NCBI RefSeq assembly: GCF_002163755.1
Contig: NZ_CP015864.1
Location: 1-64,000, forward strand
Direction of reading: 5' to 3'
Length of the DNA stretch: 64,000 nt
Source: Vibrio campbellii CAIM 519 = NBRC 15631 = ATCC 25920
Lineage (GTDB): Bacteria > Pseudomonadota > Gammaproteobacteria > Enterobacterales > Vibrionaceae
Each line of letters begins with the position of its first letter. Position 1 is the stretch's first letter. The notes under the pieces were generated by a model that searched no databases, was not told the origin of the DNA, and worked only from the letters and a program-made list of their open reading frames with translations. This document shows, piece by piece, positions 1 through 8,719 of this stretch. Both the position numbers and the translations under genes were made by a program.

Positions 1-296
1 GACCAAGTGAGCAGGCTTTCTACGCCTAAGTTGGGTTCGGCGTTTACTAATATGGTCGCATCGACATGTTCCAATTCACTGAGTGTCATCTTGACTTCAG
101 AAAGATCAGGTAACGAGCTATCGACGATTGCGACATAGTGCTCATCTTGGTGAGGAGGTAAGTCAACTTCAGCGCCTTTGGCCAATAACACCGGCTGCCC
201 AAGTTGTTGTTCAATGGCGGTTTGTAAACCTCGACCTTGAATATTATTGAAGGTAAACAATAAGATGGTGTTTTTGATTGTGTTGTTGTTCAGCAT
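1..296 (-). CDS. CsgD/VpsT-like LuxR-family regulator, N-terminal part (3' end runs off the window)
   Basis: Minus-strand ATG at 296-294 overlaps the stop of the next gene. The N-terminus reads MLNNNTIKNTILLFTFNNIQGRGLQTAIEQQLG, which resembles the receiver-like N-terminus of CsgD/VpsT. Call made by eye. Confidence 0.35.
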   Translation of the reverse strand, partial: MLNNNTIKNTILLFTFNNIQGRGLQTAIEQQLGQPVLLAKGAEVDLPPHQDEHYVAIVDSSLPDLSEVKMTLSELEHVDATILVNAEPNLGVESLLTW

Positions 297-1132
297 TAGT
301 GGGCCTCCTCTCGAGACTGCATAAATTCATTTCCTACTTGATGGAAGCGATAGAGCACCAGATCCAAAAGCCCATCAAAGCAATGCTTTACCATGGGGTT
401 TTCAAATATTTGTGTGGCGGATGCTTTAAAAAACGTGACTCGTCTATGGTGGTAGAAATCCCGTATGAAAATGTCGAATAAAAGTTGTTTAATCACGGGC
501 TCATGAACCGGAAAATGGATGATGGCATTGCCCATTACGTGAAGGATATCTGAGACCAAAAACTTCAAAATCGACCGTCCTAAATGCCATAAGCTGAGAA
601 TCCTAAATTCAGACCTCAGCTCTTGGTAAATGAGATGACCAACTAACATACCTTTGCAGTAATAAAGACGCGCCTTACTGGGGGATTCACCAAATTGGTT
701 CAGCGTGTCTTCCACACCGCCTGGTGTGATTAACTGCTTGTGAACTGCGTCGATCTGTTCGTATTCGGACAGGCTGATTTGGCTGAGGGAGCAACTTTTG
801 ACATCGGTAACCTGATACTGGTAAACAATGTCTTTAAAGCTCAAGTAAATGCTTTTACTTTGCGAGGTTTTGACACGCTTGTACTCGCTGGAAGTGTATT
901 GGTATTGTTCGCCTATATAGTGAGAGAAGGCGAGTCGTTTTAATAAACTTGGTGTTACTTTGCCGCTTTCCCATTGACTTAACGTCGGTTGGTTTAAACT
1001 CTCAAAAGCACTGTAACTCCTTGCTAACTCATCGGCTAATTGGCCTTGAGTTAAACCCCTCTCCTTTCGAATTGCAGCAACTGCGTGCGAAAATTCTAAC
1101 TTGTTAACCATATATCTACGTCCTGAACTCAT
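296..1132 (-). CDS. XRE-family helix-turn-helix transcriptional regulator with a C-terminal domain of unknown function
   Basis: N-terminal HTH_3-like segment (ERGLTQGQLADELARSYSAFESLNQPTLSQWESGKVTP). 278-aa ORF. It overlaps the upstream regulator gene by 1 nt. Confidence 0.6.
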   Translation of the reverse strand: MSSGRRYMVNKLEFSHAVAAIRKERGLTQGQLADELARSYSAFESLNQPTLSQWESGKVTPSLLKRLAFSHYIGEQYQYTSSEYKRVKTSQSKSIYLSFKDIVYQYQVTDVKSCSLSQISLSEYEQIDAVHKQLITPGGVEDTLNQFGESPSKARLYYCKGMLVGHLIYQELRSEFRILSLWHLGRSILKFLVSDILHVMGNAIIHFPVHEPVIKQLLFDIFIRDFYHHRRVTFFKASATQIFENPMVKHCFDGLLDLVLYRFHQVGNEFMQSREEAH

Positions 1133-1176
1133 TATATTTTTAATTGCTTCGAAGCGGCTCAGAATGAGCCAAAACT

Positions 1177-2193
1177 CTATGTTCTTGATCTTTTTGTGAG
1201 GTACATCATTTGGTCTGCATGTTGGATTAAGGTGTCACTAGAGCTTCCCTCATAAGGGAAGCGAGCAACGCCAACACTCAAACCGATGTGAACGTTTTGA
1301 AAATGGATAAAAATAGGTGCACTGCATGCTTGATGTAGCAAAGACTGAAACTGTTCTAAATCCTTTGTATTTTCGAGCTCAGGTAAGCAAAGAATGAACT
1401 CGTCACCGCCAATTCTTGTGGCGAATTGGTCGTTGTGCAGCATGTTCAAAATACGTTGCGCAGTGATACGCAGTACTTTGTCTCCAGCGTCATGACCAAA
1501 TTCGTCATTCACGGCTTTAAAGCCATCTAAGTCGATATATAGCAAAGTGAACGGTTGAGCTCGTTGAATCTGTTGCTCTATCAACTGATTGCCTTTGAAG
1601 CGAGAGTAGCAGCCTGTTAGCTCATCTATCTCTAGCAGTCTTTCTAGTTTTTCAACTTGTTCATATTGCGTTTGCCAAGCGCTGTGCCAATAACTTTCAA
1701 TTGAGCGTAAGCCCTTGTAAATAAATAGGTTGAACAAGTACAGAAACGTACTCCGAATGGAAAACTCACTTAAACTTTGTAGTTTAAACGGGTCGTTACC
1801 CGCGGTTATCAAATCAATGTTAAAGCAAATAGCCATTGATAGGACATATGTGATTGACGACCAAAGAACGCCAAACTCAATCAAAGTGAGAAGAATATTG
1901 ACTGTAACCAAGGAAGAAAAAAGAAAGTGTCCGCCTAAGAAGTAGTACAAATAAAATGTGAGGGTATATCCGAGTATCAGTGCGATAACAACTGAGCGCT
2001 GTTTTTGTTCGAGTGCGAATGCTTTGCCCACCCAAAGGTAGATAAAGCAAATTCCCGCGGATAATGCATAAGGAAGGTATACAACATAATCAACCCCTCT
2101 GATTGCACAAGCGAAAAGGGTAATAAGAATCCCCAAACTTGTTGAGCGCATGTAGTAGTGCGTAAAAATTTTGGTGAACTGCGTTCTGTCCAT
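1177..2193 (-). CDS. Membrane-anchored GGDEF diguanylate cyclase
   Basis: Hydrophobic N-terminal half with several predicted TM helices. C-terminal GGDEF domain carrying the RIGGDEF motif and the upstream LTGCYSRF and DGFKAVND motifs. Confidence 0.8.
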   Translation of the reverse strand: MDRTQFTKIFTHYYMRSTSLGILITLFACAIRGVDYVVYLPYALSAGICFIYLWVGKAFALEQKQRSVVIALILGYTLTFYLYYFLGGHFLFSSLVTVNILLTLIEFGVLWSSITYVLSMAICFNIDLITAGNDPFKLQSLSEFSIRSTFLYLFNLFIYKGLRSIESYWHSAWQTQYEQVEKLERLLEIDELTGCYSRFKGNQLIEQQIQRAQPFTLLYIDLDGFKAVNDEFGHDAGDKVLRITAQRILNMLHNDQFATRIGGDEFILCLPELENTKDLEQFQSLLHQACSAPIFIHFQNVHIGLSVGVARFPYEGSSSDTLIQHADQMMYLTKRSRT

Positions 2194-2566
2194 AGTTATG
2201 TCTCAAAGGAACAGCAAATAATGGGCAGTTAGCGAGAGGAGTCCGTATGGGGTGAGTGTGAATGGAGAACGTGAGAAACAAATAAATGGTATCGCATGAA
2301 GTTAGAAGTGCGATGCGCATATGCTTTTTTCGGGCGTTTTTCTCGTCTGCAAGCGACACTGCATTTCATAAAGTTGCTCGATACCTACTGCCGTTTTTAT
2401 AAACTATTCTATGAGGCAAAGTTGCATAAAACTATACGGTTTTCGGGAAAATGCCCCGATCTCAATATGTCCGCATAAAAAGTGGGATACCGGCAAATTT
2501 ATCTTGTAAAAACTGGTACTTAAGTGCTAAGGATTATCAATAACATCATTCTCAAGTCGGAGGCTA

Positions 2567-2827
2567 CTACTTGAGTTTTCGGTGGACAAGGTAACCCATT
2601 GCATAACCAAGATAAAACAGAGCAGCAAGCGTCACAAAGGCAGAAATGTAGGCAAAAAAGTGATTCAGTCCCAAGCCAAAAGACAAGGTAAACGCGATGC
2701 CGTTTACGGCTTCCATTGGCATCTTGTACCACGACGCATGGACCGTCGAGCCAAAGAGAAAGAGTGTGCCAATTAAAAAGAGTGTGCCGATTGATAGGCC
2801 AACCCATCTGCTGCTGTTCATGTTCAT
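2567..2827 (-). CDS. Small integral membrane protein (hypothetical)
   Basis: Hydrophobic ORF. The internal Met at MNMNSSRW is the more plausible start than the 112-aa track ORF. No recognisable family. Confidence 0.3.
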   Translation of the reverse strand: MNMNSSRWVGLSIGTLFLIGTLFLFGSTVHASWYKMPMEAVNGIAFTLSFGLGLNHFFAYISAFVTLAALFYLGYAMGYLVHRKLK

Positions 2828-3203
2828 CTCAAGAGTTACAGAGCTCGTAACAAAATATTTCAGGATAAGTATTATACAACTGAGTGAGGGGGAGGGTGTT
2901 AGCAATATTTACGCGAATACAGCAAGAGGCCATCGGAGTGACCTCTTTTTAACCGAGTGGTGTGTTAATTATCCAATCCAGGTGATGAAGTAAGGGATGA
3001 TCAGTGCATTGGCTAAATCGATGAAAAATGCGCAGACCAAAGGCACGATGATAAAGGCTTGGTGTGAATTACCATACTTTTGCGCGACCGCCGACATGTT
3101 TGCCATTGCCGTTGAAAACCGTACTTTTGTGACCAATAGAAAAGAGGAGTGATACAAGGTTGAATAAGCCTTGTACACTCCTCTTAGTTCGATGAATAAC
3201 CCG

Positions 3204-3743
3204 TTAGTTAAATAGCCAGTAACTTTCTGGATTATCAGGACATTGATAAGGACCACACTCCGCAAACGTGCCAATAACATTAAGTGCTACGACAGAGATC
3301 GCTAGTAGGCATGTGATACGTCCCAAATTACTCATTTCATAAGGCTCTGGTGACTCTTCTCTGCTGGTCAGCATAAGGATGACTGCGACTGCAAATATCG
3401 TGGCAACAAACAAGACAAACGCCCAAGTGTAATAGTGCATCCCAAAGATTGGGCTACCGTAACCTGGCGTACCAGGTATCACGTGCAACGAAACTTGTCT
3501 CAATGAAGTTGCCACACCGTATAACGCACCGATCAGCACTACACCATAGTGTCGAGATTGTGGGCCATAGACCACGTTTAATAAGAAACCAAACATGATC
3601 ATAACAAAGCCGATACGTTGCAATAAACAGAGTGGGCAAGGCAGCTCATTCAGAGCAAATTGCAGCACAAAACCAATCAACAGCACGGCAGTCATGCCAA
3701 GTAGGCCAAAGGTATTAAGTAAAGCTAGATTGTTTCTATTCAT
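3204..3743 (-). CDS. DsbB/BdbC-family disulfide bond formation membrane protein, paralog 1
   Basis: Four predicted TM segments. ELPCPLCLLQRIGF after TM1 compares with the PCVLCWYQRI motif of BdbC/DsbB. A second Cys pair (CGPYQC) sits in the C-terminal loop. GGGGG RBS upstream. Confidence 0.55.
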   Translation of the reverse strand: MNRNNLALLNTFGLLGMTAVLLIGFVLQFALNELPCPLCLLQRIGFVMIMFGFLLNVVYGPQSRHYGVVLIGALYGVATSLRQVSLHVIPGTPGYGSPIFGMHYYTWAFVLFVATIFAVAVILMLTSREESPEPYEMSNLGRITCLLAISVVALNVIGTFAECGPYQCPDNPESYWLFN

Positions 3744-3756
3744 GTGTAGCCCCCTT

Positions 3757-3912
3757 TATAGCAATATTGAAAGAGGATCGGTGGCGTGATGATTGAACCA
3801 ATACAGACCAATGATCACCGAGGAAGCAAAGAAGGCGTAGCCCACTGCTTTCTTACCTAAAAATGCGCTAAGCATTGCGATTAATAATAGTAAAAAGATT
3901 AGTGCCATCATG
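3757..3912 (-). CDS. Unannotated 51-aa membrane peptide upstream of DsbB-like paralog 1
   Basis: Reads MMALIFLLLLIAMLSAFLGKKAVGYAFFASSVIIGLYWFNHHATDPLSILL. Not in the ORF track (under 60 aa). Conserved with the second copy at 4692-4847. Lies 13 nt upstream of the DsbB-like start. Confidence 0.45.
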
Positions 3913-4128
3913 AGGAGTTCCTTCCTTACTCTCTGATTTCAATCCTTTTAACTATAGATACTGGAGGTTAATGCGCGAATTTATACAACAAAAAAGAGAA
4001 ATTTATTGGTTTGTAATGTGGAATTATGCGAACAATCCCATCTTGGGAATTTGTATTAAAAAGCCCCAAAGCAGGTAACTCCGGGGCTAGTGAGGGCGGT
4101 GTTCTTCAAGTGGTGCTGAGCTTTTTAA

Positions 4129-4677
4129 TTATTTGAATAGATCAAGAAGCCAATAGCTCACAGGATCTGCCGGACACTCAAATGGGCCGCACTCGATAAA
4201 CGTTGAAATGACGTTTATTAGAACTGTTGCGATTGCTAGTATGCAAACACTTTTGGCAAGCGGGCTCATTTCGTGGTTTTGGTTTGAATACCTGTTATCC
4301 CAGAGAATGAGAAGCAGAGCAATACCAGCAACAGCCATACAGAAGATAACGAACGCCCATGTGTAGTAGTGCATGCCTAAGATAGGGCTTCCAAACCCCG
4401 GTGTTCCCGGGATAACGTGAAGAGAGATCTGTCTTAGTGATGTCGCTATACCGAATAAAGCGCCAATCAGAATAACCCCGTAGTGTTTTTGCTCAATGCC
4501 ATATACGACATTTAGCAAGAAGCCAAACATGATCATCACAAACCCTAATCTTTGCAACAAACAAAGTGGGCAGGGTAGTTCCCCCAAGCTAAATTGTAAA
4601 ATTGAACCCGTGAGTAGAACAAGCGTCATACCCAAAAGTCCTAGCGTGTTGAGTGTATCTATTGTTTTTCTATTCAT
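4129..4677 (-). CDS. DsbB/BdbC-family disulfide bond formation membrane protein, paralog 2
   Basis: Aligns with paralog 1 from MNRKTIDTLNTLGLLGMT. Same CPLCLLQR and C-terminal CGPFEC cysteine pairs. The track ORF is extended upstream, but GGGGG precedes the internal Met. Confidence 0.55.
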   Translation of the reverse strand: MNRKTIDTLNTLGLLGMTLVLLTGSILQFSLGELPCPLCLLQRLGFVMIMFGFLLNVVYGIEQKHYGVILIGALFGIATSLRQISLHVIPGTPGFGSPILGMHYYTWAFVIFCMAVAGIALLLILWDNRYSNQNHEMSPLAKSVCILAIATVLINVISTFIECGPFECPADPVSYWLLDLFK

Positions 4678-4691
4678 TGCTTCACCCCCTA

Positions 4692-4847
4692 CAACAAGAT
4701 CGACAAGCTGTCTGTTGCATGGTGTTGAAACCAGTACAAACTCAGGATCACGGACGTCACAAAACACGTATAGCCCAGCCCCTTCTTGCCAGTAAATACG
4801 CTTATCATAGCGACTAGGAGTATTAGAAATATTAAACTCATCATAAT
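4692..4847 (-). CDS. Unannotated 51-aa membrane peptide upstream of DsbB-like paralog 2
   Basis: Reads MMSLIFLILLVAMISVFTGKKGLGYTCFVTSVILSLYWFQHHATDSLSILL. About 60% identical to the peptide at 3757-3912. Confidence 0.45.
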
Positions 4848-5207
4848 GTTGAGACCTTCACTTTCTTACTTTTTTAATTTTTAAATGAACTACCTAACGT
4901 AGCAGTAAGAATTTTATTACTAAAAGGTCGGCGCATTGTTGTTTTTTTGTTGTTTTTTTTGGGTTTTTATTTTTCAGTTTTGATTTTGTATCGTTTTTAT
5001 AACTAATAAATTGATTTTTTCCAGTTTTTTATATCACTTCTAAATGGTTGCTGAAATTGAGTCTCTGCGCACTGATGTCTCGAATGACCTTATCGAAGGT
5101 GGTGATTACAACGTGCAAGAGGTATCGAATTTGTTGGGCTATGGCGGCTGGAAAGGAGGACGTATACATGATGATGCGTCCTTCCGATTTGGAGTGATTA
5201 GTCGATA

Positions 5208-5504
5208 CTAGACCTCGTAATCGAACACGATAATGTCTTCAAGCAGTGGTCTAAACACCTCTTTCAACGCATCGTGCTCTGGGTGAGGTAGGTAGTTCTG
5301 ACGACCCGCTTCATTGGCAAACGTCATCATTACAGCGTGTGTGTAGTCTTTGTTTTTACCTTCTGGGCTGTTGTTTAAGCCCCATTCAACGTCGGTGACG
5401 CCTTCCACTTTCTTTGGCATGGCTTCGAATAGCTCTCGCAAGTGTTGGATTTTTTCGCTGGTGGCAGAAGCTTGAAATTTGATGAGTAGAATGTGTCTGA
5501 TCAT
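5208..5504 (-). CDS. Dabb-type stress-responsive alpha/beta-barrel protein
   Basis: About 98 aa from MIRHILLIKF. The fold motif (HILLIKF ... VEWGLN ... HAVMMTFAN) is typical of PF07876 proteins. Confidence 0.55.
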   Translation of the reverse strand: MIRHILLIKFQASATSEKIQHLRELFEAMPKKVEGVTDVEWGLNNSPEGKNKDYTHAVMMTFANEAGRQNYLPHPEHDALKEVFRPLLEDIIVFDYEV

Positions 5505-6125
5505 GGGGTGAGAACCTTCATACATTTTATTTTGTGTTAGCGTATTATTGTAAATTGGTAGAAGTTAAAACCATAAAATTTAAATCAAAGAAATCTAAGT
5601 GCCTAGTTTGAAAAACGGAATACAGAGCACTGTAGAATCTGCTTGATTAGGAACTTCTTTCAAAACACCAGATGATTCAGCTTCATGCCGAACTATTGCT
5701 GCAAAGATAAGTGTTCATTAGTGTGTGCTTTGTTGATTAATAATTTGATAGTTAGCTAAGTTACGGGCTTCCACCTCTTTATGTTGCGCTCGTTACCATG
5801 GTGCAGAGCGAAAATTAATGTCATATCTAATGTTTCTCACTTTTCCAACAAGAATAACGTCCATCTAATCTCAAAAAGGGCTATTAATACCTAGCTTTAA
5901 GCTTTCCTCGTTTAAGAGAGCACTCTGTTGTTACATAAATAATTGTGATTACAATCAAAATTAGCAAAGCCCACCAAAAATTCTTAGTATGCATTCGATT
6001 GCTTATTTTTTATTGGTCTAATGTTATCCAATTAGCAGAAAGGTATTGCATTCAATACCGCATTTATCCTTACCTTCTTGCTATATGAATCATTTAGATG
6101 CTTACCCAATGATAAGGATTAGACA

Positions 6126-7667
6126 GTGAAATTTATCCACGCTCTTCGATATGCTCAAGTTAAGAAAAAATATAAGAAACTACTTAATGACCCCATCACT
6201 GGTCAAGAAAACGTGTTTAAGAAGTTGATTAAACTAGGTAGGAAAACCCAATTTGGTCAGCGATATAATTTCCATCGAGTTTGTAACATAAGAGATTTTC
6301 AGTCGTTTGTTCCCATCCAGACTAATGAAACCATTGCTCCTTATATGCAAAGAGTTACTCTTGGGGAGAAAAATGTACTTTGGCCTGGTAAACCGCGTTA
6401 CTTTGCGTGTACTTCAGGCACGACGGGAGAAATCAAATATGTTCCAGTGACAAAGGAAAGTCAGGCCAATCAATTACTTGGCTCGATGCAGTTGGCACAT
6501 TTATACCCTTTAGTGAGTCAGCAAAAATCACTGGTCCACGCCAACTGTATTGCCTTAACGGGTTCGTGTAAGACCGCCTCGATGAATGGTTTTCCCATTG
6601 GTAGGCTTTCAGGATTGACTCGTAAACTATTGCCTAAAAGGCTATTCACAGGTGTTATACCTGCTGAGGATACTTTAGATATTCCTGAGCACGAAGAGAT
6701 GATGCTACAAATTGCTCGTGAGGCTATCCATGCTGAGGATATTCGTTCTATCGTCGGCTTTCCTTCTTGGGTGGTTGTAATGTTGCAAGCTTGTCAAAAA
6801 GTATCCGGCTCTGAGTGCTTAGATCATATATTCCCTAATCTTGATACTTTTTATTCTTCAGGGACTCGATACCAACCTTACTTGCCCGCGATAGAGAAGA
6901 TATTGGGTCATAAAGTAAATGTTCGTGAGTTTTATTGTTCTTCGGAGGCTTTTTTTGCAGTGCAAGATTTAAAAGAAGAGGGAATGTTACTCGATACTCA
7001 TAACGGCGTCTTTTTTGAATTTATCCCTTTGAACGAATTTCATAATGCGATACCTACATGTCTTTCTTTGCAAGAGGTACAAGTAGACCAAGCCTACGTG
7101 ATGTTAATATCCACGTTTTCAGGTTTATATCGCTATTGTGTGGGTGATATAGTGAAATTTGTTTCTACCAACCCTTACCGTATAGTGGTATGTGGAAGGA
7201 CACAGCATGAATTAAATATTATGGGTGAACATATCCGGAGTGAACATGTTGAGTTGGTGATGAGTCAGGTTGCGCAAAAGCTAAATATTAGTGTGCATGA
7301 GTTTACAGTAGCCCCTAGCCCAATTTGCAATGACGCCAAATTATTTTATCATCAATGGTTTATCGAATTACCCGATAATGAACAGGTCAACTTATCGATG
7401 TTATCTGAGAAGCTTGATGAAGCGTTAATGTCACAGTGTGCATTTTATCAGGCATTTCGTAGTAAGGGAGAACTTAGCATGCCTGTAGTGACAAGGCTAA
7501 GAGAACGCTCATTTTGCGATTATCTCCTTAAAAATAAGAAACAAGTCGATAATCAACAAAAGATTCCCAGAGTCTCCAATAATCGCGATATCGCGAATAT
7601 ATTAATTGCCCAAGCTAAGGCACCACAAGCGAACGTAAACTTTGAGGAAGTATCTAAGGCTGGATAA
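6126..7667 (+). CDS. GH3-family (acyl-acid amido synthetase-like) protein
   Basis: 513 aa. The FACTSGTTGEIKYVP adenylation-type motif and overall length match bacterial GH3 auxin-responsive-promoter-family proteins. GTG start. Confidence 0.5.
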   Translation: MKFIHALRYAQVKKKYKKLLNDPITGQENVFKKLIKLGRKTQFGQRYNFHRVCNIRDFQSFVPIQTNETIAPYMQRVTLGEKNVLWPGKPRYFACTSGTTGEIKYVPVTKESQANQLLGSMQLAHLYPLVSQQKSLVHANCIALTGSCKTASMNGFPIGRLSGLTRKLLPKRLFTGVIPAEDTLDIPEHEEMMLQIAREAIHAEDIRSIVGFPSWVVVMLQACQKVSGSECLDHIFPNLDTFYSSGTRYQPYLPAIEKILGHKVNVREFYCSSEAFFAVQDLKEEGMLLDTHNGVFFEFIPLNEFHNAIPTCLSLQEVQVDQAYVMLISTFSGLYRYCVGDIVKFVSTNPYRIVVCGRTQHELNIMGEHIRSEHVELVMSQVAQKLNISVHEFTVAPSPICNDAKLFYHQWFIELPDNEQVNLSMLSEKLDEALMSQCAFYQAFRSKGELSMPVVTRLRERSFCDYLLKNKKQVDNQQKIPRVSNNRDIANILIAQAKAPQANVNFEEVSKAG

Positions 7668-7753
7668 CCGGTTTGATACCATTTAAGAGGATTAACTGAT
7701 GAGGTTAGATCATGTTAACCCTCAAATGAGCTATTCCCAGCTTTACTCAAAGC

Positions 7754-8533
7754 TTACTGTGAGTTAGTCAACTCTTCGTTGACCCAGTACTTCGAGCCAG
7801 AAAAGTTCGCATCAACCAACAACCCCGTGGTGTTTAGCTGATACACGGCTACGCCACTGTTGAATTTCGCTGTCATCTCTTCGACATCCTCACCAGCAAC
7901 TAAAGAAGCTTCGCTCGATGCTTCCCAGCCGTCCTCGACAAAGGTGTTGAAGTCTTTTTTTTTTTCAAACAGCACGACTTGTTGGTAGAACTTGCCACCA
8001 ACGCCAAGGGCGACGCCAGCACCAAACATGTTCATGTAAGTGCGCTTTTCCGTTGACTTATTGACTGCAACACCAGAACCGGAGTTTGTGTGGAACAACA
8101 ACGACAGTTTACGTGAATCAAACACCGCATAACCGTAAGCTTTATCGTAAAGATCTTTCGCTTCTGGCTTCTCATTAAACAGTTTGAGCAGGGTGCTATC
8201 CGACATCAAGTCAATCGCTTTGCGAGCTTCTTCCGGTGTATCACCTTCCATCAGCTCATCAATTTTCTTGTCAGCTTCGTCGATCCACTCTTTACTGGTT
8301 TCTATACTTGCATCCGTCCATTCGCCAGCAGTGTTGATCGCATCTTCTGACCAATTAGTGAAATCTTCCCATGCCTGTTTAGCGAATTCTTTGGTGTCGC
8401 CCCATGTCTCTTTAGCCGTATCGGAAACAGCATCCCCTAAGTCTGAAAGGCTGTTAGAAATGTCGTCCCAGTCGGCATAAGCCGGAGAAGCGAGCAAGGT
8501 TAAGGCAGTGATAAGGGCAAGAGGCTTTTTCAT
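7754..8533 (-). CDS. Secreted SYLF/DUF500 (Ysc84-like) lipid-binding domain protein
   Basis: Signal peptide MKKPLALITALTLLASPAYA. Acidic N-terminal region. C-terminal Gly-rich SYLF-like repeats (GSGVAVNK, FGAGVALGVGGKF, NSGVAVYQ). Confidence 0.45.
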   Translation of the reverse strand: MKKPLALITALTLLASPAYADWDDISNSLSDLGDAVSDTAKETWGDTKEFAKQAWEDFTNWSEDAINTAGEWTDASIETSKEWIDEADKKIDELMEGDTPEEARKAIDLMSDSTLLKLFNEKPEAKDLYDKAYGYAVFDSRKLSLLFHTNSGSGVAVNKSTEKRTYMNMFGAGVALGVGGKFYQQVVLFEKKKDFNTFVEDGWEASSEASLVAGEDVEEMTAKFNSGVAVYQLNTTGLLVDANFSGSKYWVNEELTNSQ

Positions 8534-8650
8534 ATATCCATTCTTCTATGAAATAGGTGTGTTTTAATTTTAGGTGAAAAAGGGTGGAGGGAAAATGAGA
8601 GGAAGACATAGCTTGGGATTGCGGTCACGAACTTACATCGCTTTGACATG

Positions 8651-8682
8651 CTGGGTAAAGAAAAAGCCCTCAAACTTAGGAG
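8651..8682 (-). terminator. Rho-independent terminator after ppsA
   Basis: On the minus strand: AGCCCTCAA-gctcctaagt-TTGAGGGCT followed by TTTTT. Confidence 0.6.
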
Positions 8683-8719
8683 CTTGAGGGCTTCGTATTA
8701 CAAGTTAGGAAGGCTCGTT

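Noticed and set aside
2969-3280. 103-aa minus-strand ORF overlapping the 3' end of DsbB-like paralog 1 by 77 nt
   Set aside because: The long overlap is unlikely. At most an internal-Met small membrane peptide (about 2969-3106) might be real, but it has no conservation within the window.
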